A stretch of DNA of 64,000 bases from Octopus sinensis. Lineage: Eukaryota. The stretch's first letter is position 1. Every line of letters begins with the position of its first letter. Below the pieces are notes generated by a model, which was given only the letters and a program-made list of their open reading frames with translations, searched no databases and was not told the origin of the DNA. The translations under genes were made by a program, and so were the position numbers. The DNA lies in NCBI RefSeq assembly GCF_006345805.1, contig NC_043004.1, forward strand, positions 73,160,001 to 73,224,000, read 5' to 3'. This document shows positions 26,245 to 39,542 of the stretch, piece after piece.

Positions 26245-26366
26245 TTTATGTTTTAAGAAGTTATTTTAAAAATTAGAAAGGGGAAAAAAAAGAAAATTGC
26301 ATTGTTTTTTTGTAAAAGAAAATAATGATAAAAATGTACAAAAATTAAAAATAAGTTCTCCGTACA

Positions 26367-27820
26367 TTGTCTAGTCTCTTTGGCGCGTTTTATTCCATAC
26401 TCTATAAGGGTGGAGGGATATTGACGTTGTAATAGTGTTTTTTTTTAGGTCTTGAAGGCGTATTTCTCGTGTTTTTGGATCCGAGACAATGTGCATACCC
26501 TTTTAGCTAAATTGAAAGGGATATTTGTCTTGGTGTGTTTTGGGTGGCATGAACTAAAGAGGAGGTATTGTTGTGAGTCTGTAGGTTTGTGGTAGATGTC
26601 TGTTATGATTTGTTCTTAGGTGTTTTTTATAATTAGGAGATCAAGGAATGGGAGATGATGTTTGCTTAATTCCATAGTGAATTGGATGTTGGGATGTATG
26701 TTGTGTTTAGTATGGTTTTTGAATTCCAGGAGTTTTTCTAAGGTTCTTTCCATATGATGAAACAATCATCTAAATACCTTTTCAGTTTTCAGCATAGGTA
26801 GGTGTGGAAAACATGTCCAATTTCTGGCTTGATATTTCATAGAGTGACAGTTCGAAGTAACCCATTATGAGGTTCGCAAGGACTGGTGCAGCCTTGGTAC
26901 CCATCGCAATGCACATTTTTGACGGTAGTGTGTGTCGTCGAAGGAGAAAAAAATTGTTTGTCAGAATGAACTTAAGAGATTCTGTAATAAAAGACTTGTT
27001 AATGCGGTCAGGGAATGTCTCTGGTGTTGTTTTTCTAGCCAGAAGTCAATTGCCTCTATACCATACTCGTGTGGAATTTTGGTGTAGAGGTTGATGACAT
27101 CAAAGGATACCAGGAGTGCCTCCTCGTTAACTGTTTTCGGGAGTGTTTGAGCATGTCCAGATCATCCCTAATGAAACTTTTGATGTGGGTAAGGAAAGGT
27201 TTCAAAGGATGTCTAGGAAGTTACTCAGGCGGTGTGTTTCACAGGAGGTACCAGCCACGATGGGCCTTAGTTTTAGGTCCTCTCCGGTGCTTTGATGTTG
27301 ATGTGGATGTCAGTGGAGTGTTTTGCAGGCTTCGGTGATGTATGTTTGTTTTATGGATTTTAGGAAGGCCATAAAAAAGGCTGGGCTTGCATTTGAAAAT
27401 GGTGATATAATCCCTTTCTTTTTCTGTGAGTCCCTGACCGTGTTGGCGTATGAGTGTGGTGAGGTTTCTGATTGTTTTTTGCTGTTTGTAGTTGTTAATA
27501 ACCTCATAGAAAATGTTATTGTTAAGCATGGAGAACACTAGGTGTTTATAAAATTCCTTGTCCATAAGGACCACAGCACTCCCTTTGTCCGCTTCTTTGA
27601 TGGTGAGGTTTTTATCCGTTGTATGTCACGTAGGTTTTCCCATTCTTCCTTACTGAAATTGGATTTTACCTTGGTTTTGCTTGGGGTAAAGGGGAGACTA
27701 TGGATGTGTTTACAGAAAACGTCCAGTTGTTTTATTTCTCCCTTTTGGGGATAGGAAGTTGCTTTTATTTGATCAATGAATCGTCCCCATTGTTGATATC
27801 TGTCAAAGCTTCTGTTAGGC
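26367..27820 (-). mobile_element. Penelope-like element, reverse transcriptase segment (inverted), degenerate
   Basis: Minus-strand motifs IKEADKGSAVVLMD, FYGLPKIHK, LRPIVAG, DDCFIIW, LPFLD, TDIYHKPTDSQQYLLFSSCHPKH. Confidence 0.9.
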
Positions 27821-27828
27821 GAAGTTTT

Positions 27829-28480
27829 CTAGACAACACTACACTGAAAACCACCCAACCTAACACCACACACAACCTCAAAATACTTCCATACATTCCA
27901 CCCACACCCCAAAAATATCGAAGCATACACCACAATCATACAAAACCTCAGTCTACTGTCAACAGACCAAAAATGAAAAACATTATAAATACACACAAAA
28001 TCCTCAAATGCAAAGGCAACACAAATCTTAAAAAAACTCTTGACAAATGCCAAACTTCACCACCACATCACCCCCCCCAACAGTAAAAAAATGTGCACGC
28101 TCAAACTGTGGTACCTGCCCCTTTCTACTTGAAGGCTCTGAATTTACCTTCAAACAAGGTACGAAGTTAAAATCAAGACTAACTTCTCCTGTTCCTCCGA
28201 GAACCTTATCTACGTTCTCACATGCGCTGGTTGCCAACATAATTAGTTGGACAAACGAGTCTCCCGTTACGTAAACGAGTAACGGTGCATAAAGAACAAA
28301 CTAAATCTCCCGGAATACCGACAAATTCCACTGAGTGACCCACTTAGACTCATGTGCTAAAGACTTAAACCCCAAATTCTATATATTCCCTTCTACCAAT
28401 GTAAAGACGGGATCACCACAACAGGAGAGAATTAAACAAGGAGAATCTTATTGAAAATTCCAAACACAACTTAATATGCA
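27829..28480 (+). mobile_element. Penelope-like element, linker + GIY-YIG endonuclease segment, degenerate
   Basis: KKCARSNCGTCPF zinc-linker, then (across frameshifts) NLIYVLTCAGCQH..GQT...RVTVHK. Confidence 0.85.
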
Positions 28481-29009
28481 AACTCCTCGTTGATCAAACT
28501 TCCTTTCTCTACCTCACTCTTCATGGATGGACTAACACAAATATATAAGATACCATGCATTCATCACTTCAAGCTCTAAAACTTATATTCTTAAAATATC
28601 ATTTTTATATTGTTGTTATTACTATCATTTTTATTATAAATGATATGACAATTTGAAATGCAATTGTCTATGCAGATTTATATTATTAGAAAATAATATA
28701 AATAAAGTGTTAAAATCTGAAAGTTAAGTTAACAAGCAATTATATAAAAAAGATAATGCAAATGAAGCTAAAATGATAGTTTATATTTGGGTTTTATTGA
28801 AGAACTCAAAAGAGTTGTCTCCCCTTACCCAAAACACAGGAACTGAAGAACCAGGACCACAATTACTACTACTTCCTGTCCTGCAACATGCTGAATTTAA
28901 CAACACCACACATCACATGCTCTTAATCCCTTTGGATTAACACCTCAAGGTAATTTTTGTGTAAACAACCATAAAACTCAAGATACACAACGAACTCACA
29001 TGTATCGGA

Positions 29010-29122
29010 GAACTTATGTGGAGCTTTAGGTGTTTTCGCTCAATAAACACTCACAACGCCCGGTCTAGGAATCGAAAACCGCGAGTCCGCTTGCCCTAAC
29101 CACTAGGCCATTGCGCCTCCAC
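29010..29122 (-). mobile_element. SINE family C head fragment
   Basis: ctaaccactaggccattgcgcctccac, reverse complement of 41094 head. Confidence 0.8.
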
Positions 29123-29155
29123 GTATATATTGTGTATGTATATATATATATATAT

Positions 29156-29203
<48 letters not shown>

Positions 29204-29310
29204 GTGCGTGTATGTGTGAATGCGTGTATACTTACATATGTATGTATGCATTATATATGTATATATATGGTGTGTGTGTGCATGTGTATATATATATATA
29301 TATATATATT

Positions 29311-29521
29311 CTTTTATTCTTTCATTTGTTTCAGTCATTTGACTGCGCCGATGCTGGAGCATCACCTTTAGTCAAACAAATCGCCCCCAGGATTTATTCT
29401 TTGTAAGCCTTGTACTTAATCTATCGGTTATTTTACCGAACTGCTAAGTTACGGGGACGCAAACATATCAACATTGGTTGTCAAGCGATGGTGGGGCGGG
29501 TACAAACACAGACACACAAAC

Positions 29522-29602
<81 letters not shown>

Positions 29603-29757
29603 ACGGGCTTCTTTCAGTTTTCACCTACAAATTCACTCACAAGCCTTTAGTCGGCCCGAGGCTATAGTAGAAGAGATAGGCCCAAAGTGCCACGCAGTGG
29701 AATCGAGACTGGAACCATGTGATTGGGAAGTAAGCGTCTTACCACACAGCCACGCCT
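29311..29757 (-). mobile_element. SINE family A
   Basis: Reverse complement head/tail motifs, internal (GATA)n. Confidence 0.88.
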
Positions 29758-30537
29758 ATATATATATATTATATATATATATATATATGTATTATATATA
29801 TATATATATATATAATATCTATATATATATATATATGTATGCATGTATGTATGTATGAATGTATGTATGTATGTACGTATGTACGTATACGTAATTATAC
29901 ATGTATTTATGAGCACAAAAGTATCTGAATGCGTGCGTGTGTATTTGCGTGCTTTTGTCCGTGTGCATGTGTAGTGTGTGTGTGTGTGTGGATGTGTGTG
30001 TGTGTGTCCTCGTATGTTTTTATTTGAATATATAAAGAGATGGTGTGGAATGGGTGATACGGGTTTCGATGATCCGCTGTGCATTTTGTTCGTCACTTAG
30101 TGAAACGTGTGCAAAGCCAACCACATCAGCTTAGAAACGAAAGTAACTGGTGTGAGAGGAAGGAAGATATATAGCATCCATCTTGGGATGAAGCGCCATC
30201 GCTGAATATCGAATGGAGTCGTTTATGAAAGAAAATAAAAGATAAATATGAGTACGAGATGCATGAGAGGAGTGCATAAATTGGTGTGATCAATGGTTGC
30301 ACCTTGGCCCTCCTCTCCTCTCTTTCTATCTCTGTCCCGCCCTCTCTTTGTCTGTATCTCTTTGTCCCTCCTCTCTCTCTCTCTCTCTCTTTCTTGCCCC
30401 CTCTCCCTTTCTCTCTCTCTCCCTCCCTCTCTCTCTCTCTCTCTCTGGACAGTTACCTATCACAAAACTGTATATCACGTCTGCATTCGACCATATATAT
30501 ACATACATGTAATCATGTATGTAAGCACAGAAATATA

Positions 30538-30573
<36 letters not shown>

Positions 30574-31399
30574 TGTATATGTACGTATACATATTTACAT
30601 ATACACAAACAAACACACACGCATACGCGCATACATATATATGCATACGTGTACGTTTATGAATTATGTGCCTGGCTATATGTGCTCATGTATATCTATA
30701 TATGTATATATGGATAACTATATATATATATATATATACATGTACGAGTACATATAGACAGATTAACAGATACAGATAGATATTTGATAATACACACACA
30801 CGCACGCATGCACTCAAGTCAGTATTTATACACATATTTGTAAATGTATTTTTTTTTTGGGGGGGGGTTCCAGAGGGAAACATGCTTTATAACGACAGTG
30901 GATGCTTTTGACTGTGGGACTAAAATGTGTGTTTACTAAAAACACTCCACCCCATAAATCTGCTGCACATTTCCCGATATTCATATATACATTGATATAC
31001 ATACATAAACGTGTGTGTGTGTGTGTGTGTACAGAGAAGAACGGAGATAGAAAGAGATGAATCATTAAAAGTATATATGTACTAATACATCTGTTTGTTT
31101 TCTACACCACCTGTCTTCGTCTTTTGTTTTTTTGGGGTTTTTTCGTGAATTCTCACCATATATCACACGCTCACGTGGTCGCACCAGTTGATCCTGTCTC
31201 CTCTCATCACCCACGAACTTCTCCACTGGACTTTCTACCTTTCTACCCTTTACGGATTCTCTTTTGGACTTTCTACACTCCGGCGGCACCTCTCCTGCCT
31301 ATGGACTACTCTGGACTCTACTATATGTATACATGTATATTTGTATGTGTTTGTATGTTTGTCAGACATGCCCTCGCTGCTCATGTGCAGACATGCATT

Positions 31400-32234
31400 G
31401 CGATTGAGCCACCTGCAGAAATTCTTAAATGGCAGCCTACTGTGAACCGTTCGTGACGCACGTCTTTTTGCAACGCGTGTCTTTGCAGTTGAAGTCCTGG
31501 TGGGAGTAAACACCTCTGCTAATCGGGCAACGGGATTGGTGGATGTTCCATATCAGCAATTTATAAAAGGTCAGTGGCGAGAATGAGGTCTCGGGGATAC
31601 TCTGGATGTCGAGCGGGAACGAACCGGTTTGCCTGTTCCAAGAGACTTTCAAAAATTACTACGAATAATAGGATAATGGCTACAGGTATTGGCCTGGCAG
31701 TGCTATCGAGGGGCTGTTCCAGTTCGAAGTAATTTCTACATTCTCAGAAATACCGTTAGGAAGAACTGTTTGAGGCCAGCGTAGAGGATCGAAACTGTTC
31801 TGCACGCACTCGTTCAGTGTCCGGGCGTTGCTAACGTGGATATAAGTCAAAGAGCTGAAGTGGCGTATGACATGGATCTGGCTATCAATAAAATCCATCG
31901 TGAAGATAGATATGTCGCCCTATTTATACCGAGCAATGAAGGCAATTTTTTCTCTGTCTGAAAGTGGTTGTGCAATGAACGAGGTTTAGATATTTGAGGA
32001 CAGAGAGTTTTCTCTTAGGTTTTACATCAAAGGGAGGATGAGAGTGCAGAGACAGGTACTGCAGTCGAATGACAAAAATGGAATGACAAAATGGAAAGAG
32101 TGGATGATATCGCTCTAAGTATAGATCTGTAAGTCGGAAAAAAGACAGTTGGAGAGGGTACTTGACTTCGGTGTTTAAATTGATTTTGAAACTTTCGAGG
32201 TCCTCGACTGGCACTAGCTGGCAAACCTCTCTCA
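31400..32234 (+). mobile_element. 3' fragment of L1/Tx1-type LINE ORF2, degenerate
   Basis: Translation from 31689 LAWQCYRGAVPVR...C...ETVLHALVQCP resembles the zf-RVT/CCHC motif of L1/Tx1 ORF2; borders approximate. Confidence 0.7.
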
Positions 32235-32746
32235 TTCTTTGTTATATTCCTTTATTTGTATCAGTCATTTGACTGTGGCTATGCTGGAGCACCGCCTTTA
32301 GTCGAACAAATCGAGCCAGGACTTATTCTTTGAAGATGTGGAAGAGGCGAAGGAAGAAACGACAAAGGCGTTAAAAGGCATTTCTTCGCAGGAGTTCAAG
32401 CCCTGCTTCGAATAATGGAAAATGCGCCTGGACCGATGCATTACTTCAAATGGAGGAATACGTTGTAAGCCTAGTACTTATTCTATCGTTCTCTTTTGCC
32501 GAACCGCTACGTTACGAGGACGTAAACACACCAACATCGGTTGTCAAGCGATGGTGGGGGGACAAAGACAGACACACAAACAAGCACACACACACACAGT
32601 TTCCGTCTACCAAATCCACTCACAAGGCTTTGGTTGGCCCGAGGCTATAGTAGAAGACACTTGCCCAAGGTGCCATGCAGTGGGTCTGAACCCAGGACCA
32701 TGTGGTAGGTAAGCAAGCTACTTACCACACAGCCACTCCTGCACCT
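32235..32746 (-). mobile_element. SINE family A carrying a 133-bp mariner fragment
   Basis: SINE motifs; insert 32333-32465 translates EDVEEAKEETTKALKGISSQEFKPCFE*WKMRLDRCITSNG. Confidence 0.85.
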
Positions 32747-33133
32747 ATTATTATTATATTATGCATATAAGTATTTCAGTTTTTCCCCACCTTTCTAAAT
32801 CCCGGTATTTTATGTAAATCCTTGCCCTCCACAACATTCGCCTTCCCCGCTTTCGATGTCAATAAAATAAAGTAACAGTCAAATACTTGTTGTGGGGAGA
32901 GGGGATAGAGGCTATAGTTTCGACCGCACCCACCTCCTTTAAACTGCTAATCTAGTACTTGAATTTAAAAAGAGTACTAGTTAAGTACTGGGGCCGATGT
33001 AATCGACTGACCCCTTCTCCTAAAATCATTGGCCTTGTGCCTATGCTCCTTTGCTAGAAACAATTATTATTATGATGATTTAAGAGGGTGAACTGACAGG
33101 GATGTTACAGCATTGGATCAATATTTTGCAGTA

Positions 33134-33751
33134 GCTGAGGCGGCGAGCTGGCAGAAACGTTAGCACGCTGGGCGAAATGCTTAGCGACATTTCGTCTATC
33201 TTCGTGTTCTGAGCTCAAATTCCGTCGAGGTCGACTTTGCCTTTCATCCTTTCGGGGTCGATAAATTAAGTACCAGTTACGCACTGAGGTCAATGTAATC
33301 AACTTAATCCCTTTGTCTGTACTTGTTTGTCCCCTCTATGTTTAGCCCCTTGTAGGCAATAAAGAAATAAGAAACTTTAGCACGCCGGACGAAATGCTTA
33401 GCGGTATTTCTTCTGCCGTTACATTCTAAGTTCAAACTCCGCCGAGGTCGACTTTACCTTTATTCCTTTCGGGGTCGAATAAATAAGTACCAGTTATGCA
33501 CTGGGGTCGATATAATCGACTTAATCCGCTTGTCTGTCCTTGTTTGTCCTCTCTGTGTTTAGCCCCTTGTGGGTAGTAAAGAAATAGGTATTTCGTCTGT
33601 CTTTACGTCCTGAGTTCAATTTCCGCAGAAGTTGACTTTGCCCTTCATCCTTCCGAGTTCGATAAATTAAGTACCAGTTTTTTACTGGGGTCTATTTAAT
33701 CGACTGGCCCCCTCACCGAAAATTTCGGACCGTGTGCCTGGAGTAGAAAAT
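33134..33751 (+). mobile_element. SINE family B, trimeric
   Basis: Units ~33138-33370, 33371-33587, 33588-33751; 14-bp TSD aatattttgcagta at 33120-33133 and 33752-33765. Confidence 0.88.
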
Positions 33752-33794
33752 AATATTTTGCAGTATATATTCCCGTTTTCTACGATCTGAGTTT

Positions 33795-34191
33795 AAATAT
33801 CACATAAGGCTTTTACACCGAATAACAAGTACTTTGGTGCAAATCTCTAGTGTTCTTATCTAACTTCTGCATATATATTTTGTGTAACTTCAGCGTATAG
33901 CATATCATGTCCCCTACTTCTTCGCTCTCCTGTGTGACCCTTCTGTCCCAGCAGAAAACAGGATTCCATGGAAGCGCGCTGTTCCTTCGTTTCAGCCATC
34001 GCAAAAATCGACGAACAGGGAAGAAGCATTGCAAAACAAAGAGGCACAACGTGACAGTAGGCCATCACCCGATGACGCCGATCGGCACACTGATGCCTGA
34101 GGGTCGCGTCAAGTGGCTTCTAGCGACGAAAGCCTGAACCACAACGGAGTCTCACAGAGAACGTTTCCGGTTACTTTTGGGTACCCCCTCG
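33795..34191 (-). mobile_element. Mariner 5' fragment
   Basis: TIR TA-cgagggggtacccaaaag on minus strand; N-terminus MAETKEQRASMESCFLLG. Confidence 0.75.
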
Positions 34192-34211
34192 TATGTATAT
34201 ATATATACATA

Positions 34212-34510
34212 CAGGGTGTTCCAGAAGTCTTGGGCACATTTCAAGTCTTCATATCTGCTGGACTGTGATTGGTAGTAAAATGAAACTGGTACCATTTTAA
34301 AGCTAAATTCATTAAGTTTTTTGTAATGCTAATGGACTATCGGCTTGATGTGTGCCGTGTGACCACATTGAACATCTTTGAACATTCAAAAAAAAAAAAA
34401 AAAAACTTGAAATTGCAGGCTTTCAGAATATATCAGATGCGTTTTTAAGTCCTTAATAGTTTTCGATATATTCAATGTCAAAATGTGCCCAAGACTTCTG
34501 GAATACCCTG
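34212..34510. mobile_element. Tc1/mariner-type MITE (299 bp)
   Basis: 30-bp TIRs cagggtgttccagaagtcttgggcacattt with one mismatch, TA on both sides. Confidence 0.93.
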
Positions 34511-34863
34511 TATATATATTATATATATTATATTATATATATATATATATATAATATATATATATATAATATATATATTATGTATGTATGTATGTATGTA
34601 TGTATGTATGTATAAATATAAATGGTTGTTTCTTTGCCGAGTCATTGTTGAGTCAAAATAAAAACAATGAAATATTAACCTGAAGAATTTTCGTGGAGTC
34701 CATATTTGTTATGCTTTTATTTCCATAATTTGACGAAGGCCAATAGTCCGAAACTTCGTAGTCACTTTCATCACAATCTTTGTAAAAGTATGTGTGTGTA
34801 AGTGTGTGAGATGAGCGCGTGTGAGAGCTGCTGACAAGCTGGCGCACTGCCTATATGTATGTA

Positions 34864-34919
<56 letters not shown>

Positions 34920-34988
34920 GTGTGTGTGTGTGCGTGCGTTTGTGTGTGCGTGTGTGTGTGTGCGTGCGTGTGTGCGTGTGTGGTGTGT

Positions 34989-35040
<52 letters not shown>

Positions 35041-35455
35041 GTATATTATATATAATATATTATATATATATAGAGAGAGAGAGAGAGGAGAGAGAGAAAG
35101 AGAGAGAGAAGAAAGAGAAAGAGAAATTCATATTGATTTAATCTCAAGAAGAATTTTTTTTTTAAAACTATAAACGAACAACAAACTTTGTGATGATAGT
35201 TAAAAACCAGTTACACAGTCGTGTGTACTGCCCCGTTTAATCCGCTTAAAATAAGGGGAAAGAATTAAGAAGATTAGCTGTCAACGTAAAAAAATATAAT
35301 TTATGAATTATCCCCTTTTTTTCATATTTATCTCATTTAATCCCGTTGAGTTAATCGGCAACAGATAGTCTGTATATAAACTGTCTCCCTCCCTCCTTTC
35401 CACCTCTTTTTCTCTCTCTTTCACGTCGACACACACATTCACACGCACATACACA

Positions 35456-35546
<91 letters not shown>

Positions 35547-35905
35547 GATGTTTGACATTCTGTAATTTCTTCTGTTTTTTACTGAATTTCTCTCCTTTTT
35601 CCATTTACGATTTCTTGCTTCTGATCATCTTCCTTCATACAAGTTTGTGTGTGCGCATTTATTCCCGTTTACCACTTCTACAGACGCAACCAGATACTTC
35701 GCAGTAGAATTTTGCGCGCACGCGCGCGCACACACACACACACACACGCACACACACACATACACACACACACACACACACGTACATACATACACAAGTA
35801 CCCCGTTGAAATTCCAATAGGGGAGCTTTTGATCTAAATTAAACGTTGGCTCTCTCTCCCTGTTGGCAAGAAATCTTAGATTAAAACTAAATAACATACG
35901 TGTTT

Positions 35906-35950
<45 letters not shown>

Positions 35951-35961
35951 GTGTGTGTGTG

Positions 35962-36110
35962 TGTGAAGGCGCGTGACCAAGGGGTTAGTATAGGGTATTC
36001 AGTTCATGATTGTGAGGTCGTGGGTTCGATTCTAGATCGAGCAACGCGTTGTATTCTTGAACAAGGCTTTTCGTTTAACATAGCTCCAGTCAACCCAGTT
36101 GTAATGAGTA
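35962..36110 (+). mobile_element. tRNA-derived SINE family D fragment
   Basis: gtgaaggcgcgtg...ggttcgattc...cttgaacaag; related copies 39543-39795, 45153-45460, 46015-46287(-). Confidence 0.7.
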
Positions 36111-36499
36111 TTACTCTCTCTGTCTCTCTCATCCACAAGAGACTCTCTCTGTCTCTCTCACCCAGATTTCACATCATAGAAGGGTGGCTGAGTCAAGTGT
36201 GAGGTGGTTCTGAGGATGACTGTATCTGCTTGGAGCTGCATAGGGTCTAAAACAATTATCGAAAGCATGGTATAAACCATTAAGCCATACTCACTCGCGA
36301 GTGACGGCTAGCTCAGAAGAGTAGCCGAGGGGCATAGTGATGGTCCACCTCGAGCGACGTTTTTATGGCGGGAAGCACTTTCAGGTCTGCTGTATGAGCC
36401 TCAATGGGGGGCTAGCAGCGTCAAATTCAAGGGCTGCCCCGGGCGACACACGCACACTAGCTACGCCACTTGGCGAGCTATATTTTATGTATGTAAGTG

Positions 36500-36530
<31 letters not shown>

Positions 36531-37070
36531 ACTTATAGATTATGGTTGCCGTGGTGTGTTCATGTGTATGTATATATTCGCAAGGTATTTGCGAGACTGA
36601 GTGGGTGAAAGAATCATTAACTGGTCAAAATATTTTTTCGAATTTTGGTACAGGGCTAACAGTTTCCAGAGATGGGAGCAAGTCCATTACTTCAATCCTT
36701 TAACCTACTCCGCGCCCAGAACTTGATTGTTACTTTATTTTATTGACCACAAGTGGGGAAAGGCAAAGTCGACTACTCAGGTCTTAAAGAAACGGAAGAA
36801 ATTGTGTTTAGTATTGCGCCCGGAGCTCTAACGATTCTGCCAGCCCACAGGTTTACAGCTGAAAAAGATAAGGAAATCGAAATATGTGAATAGATGCAAC
36901 ACTTGATTTGAGTAAGGTTTTTAAACCCAGGACAGCCCTGATCGAGTAGACCGATGATCAAAAACGTTCCAGCAGAGGCCATTTCGTATTTTTTGGCAGA
37001 AATATTCAATGTAACATTACGTCATCCAATGTAGGATTCCTTCATTTGTTTTTCTTGTTTAACCCCGGGT

Positions 37071-37461
37071 TATATATATATATATATATAAACGGCAGTT
37101 TGTCTGTGCGTGCTTCTGTGTGTCTGTTTGCTTGTACCCTTACCCTGACCACGGCTTTCAACTGATTCTGATGAAACTTGACACACACATAGCCCAATGT
37201 CATAATTCAAAACTAACGCAGCGAAAATTTTGAAAAGTTCCCCCAGTTCTGAAAAAAAATCGATAAATTCGACATGGGGTCGAGAATCAGAAACACAAAC
37301 CGCAAACTGTCTAGGGGACGCAACTCCACCTTTTTTTACTCTCAAAAAAAATTTACCATCATTTTTTTCCATTTGTTTGCTACTTTTTGGCTATAACTCT
37401 CTAAAAATGCTTTATAGTTATTTCCCTTACAAACCTGAGCAACGCCGGGCGATACTGCTAG
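37071..37461 (+). mobile_element. Non-autonomous Helitron-like element
   Basis: 5' tatatataaa then ctgt-rich tract, internal gattctgatgaaacttgacac, GC-rich 3' end gcaacgccgggcgatactgCTAG followed by T. Confidence 0.7.
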
Positions 37462-37486
37462 TATATATATATATATATATATATAT

Positions 37487-37880
37487 TCTTTTACTCTTTT
37501 ACTTGTTTCAGTCATTTGACTGCGGCCATGCTGGAACACCGCCTTTAGTCGAGCAAATCGACCCCAGGACTTATTCTTCGCAAGCCTAGTACTTATTCAA
37601 TCGGTCTCTTTTGCCGAACCACTAAGTTACGAGGACGTAAATACACCAGCATCGGTTGTCAAGCGATGTTCGAGGGACAAACACAGACACACAAACACAC
37701 ACATATATATATATAGATATATATATATATATACGACAGGCTTCTTTCAGTTTCCGTCTACAAAATCCACTCACAAGGCTTTGGTCGGCCCGAGGCTATA
37801 GTAGAAAACATTTGCCCAAGATGACACGCAGTGAGACTGAACCTGGAACCATGTGGTTGGTAAGCAAGCTACTTACCACG
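37487..37880 (-). mobile_element. SINE family A
   Basis: Reverse complement head/tail motifs. Confidence 0.88.
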
Positions 37881-37951
37881 TTATATATAAATGAATTCTC
37901 TGAAAAAAGTTGTGTAATTCAATACATATATATATACATGTATATACATAA

Positions 37952-37998
<47 letters not shown>

Positions 37999-38034
37999 TA
38001 TTTATCAAAATAAAAACATGATGCAAAGGATTTA

Positions 38035-38121
38035 GCGGTACATATGTTTCGGGCCTTTATTAGACGGTTTATAACAATGCATAATTGATGTAAATGTGTG
38101 TCTATAGCCTTCTTCAGCCGC
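38035..38121 (-). ncRNA. Mirror hammerhead motif in left arm
   Basis: Reverse complement of 38382-38468 but first stem II base G>A, giving an A-C mismatch. Confidence 0.7.
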
Positions 38122-38381
38122 GTACAATTACTACTTCAAGGACATGTATTACATTATAAGTCTTACGTTGGGGATGCAAATCCTCATAGTCGCGTACGAC
38201 AGAACGAGGCACCAGAACAAAATCAAAGCGTCCATCCCGTTTTTCGCTCGATCTAGTGAAAAACGGGATGGACGCTTCGCTTTTCTTCTGGTGCCTCGCT
38301 CTGTCGTACGCGACTATGAGGATTTGCATCCCCAACGTAAAACTTATAATGTAATACATGTCCTTGAAGTAGTAATTGTAC

Positions 38382-38468
38382 GCGGCTGAAGAGGGCTATA
38401 GACACACATTTACATCAATTATGCATTGTTATAAACCGTCTAATAAAGGCCCGAAACATATGTACCGC
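38382..38468 (+). ncRNA. Type-I hammerhead ribozyme motif with extended stem II
   Basis: Stem I GCGG/CCGC; CTGAAGA; stem II GGGC...GCCC (with TAGAC/GTCTA extension); GAAA; palindromic stem III ACATATGT; GUA cleavage after 38464. Confidence 0.8.
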
Positions 38469-39056
38469 TAAATCCTTTTCATCATGTTTTTATTTTGATA
38501 AATATACTCTATCACCTACACCACTAAATGGTATATACAGGTGCTTACAATTATCAAGTATTCACCCTGAATTTTTGTTATATATACATATATATACATA
38601 TATATATATATGTATGTATATATATATATATATATAAACAAATAACAACAGATGGATTTTGTTTCACTACGGCTGTTTCAAACATGTTTTTATTGATGTG
38701 TTTCTATTGATGAGCAAAAGTGTTACATCATGCAAAAAAAAATCCTTGAATACTGGAAATTTTATACACGTACACACACGCACGCGTGACTGTATGACTA
38801 CAATTTCCGAAGAACAAGAACGGGAACGTGAAACCCTGACTAACAGTTTGTGAAGATTTTGTAGCGTCAGTAAAAGTATATTACTCTACCTTCGGTATTC
38901 GAGTAATATTTTCTCCCCCTTGTTTTGCGTTTTTATGTGCTTATTCGTGCATACATACATACATACAAACATACATACATACATACATACTTTCTTTAGT
39001 TTATGCAACATGTAAAAATTACGAACCAATAAGAAAAGTTTTGTGACGCTACTTAT

Positions 39057-39191
<135 letters not shown>

Positions 39192-39542
39192 TATTTATAT
39201 TTATATTTGGTTTGAACACTTTTGTGCCTTTTTTGCCTGTGCCTCTTTTACTCCTACCAAAAGCTGTTTTGTGGCTAAACGTTCTATACACGGCTCTAAA
39301 TTTTGGAGGACGGGCCAGTCGATTAGATCGACCTCAGTACGCAACTGGTACTGAATTTATCGACCCCAAAATATGAAAGGCAAAGTCGACCTCGGCGGAA
39401 CACCTGTAATATTAATGCGGTTTGTATCTTGCTTACACTAATTTTCCGCGCAACTGAAGGAAGCAAATATCCAACAAATATTATTTTTTGTTTTGTTTTG
39501 TTTTTTGATATAGATTAACGTATGCTATGTAAGGTCAATGTT

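Larger units (their letters stand above)
37997..38506. repeat. ~510-bp near-perfect palindrome (foldback) with a hammerhead in each arm
   Basis: Arms ~250 bp with about 9 mismatches by eye, centre cgatct at 38249-38254; mirrored ORFs 38114-38359(-) and 38144-38389(+). Confidence 0.95.

Noticed and set aside
38114-38389. Two nearly identical 81-aa ORFs on opposite strands
   Set aside because: Automatic consequence of the palindrome.
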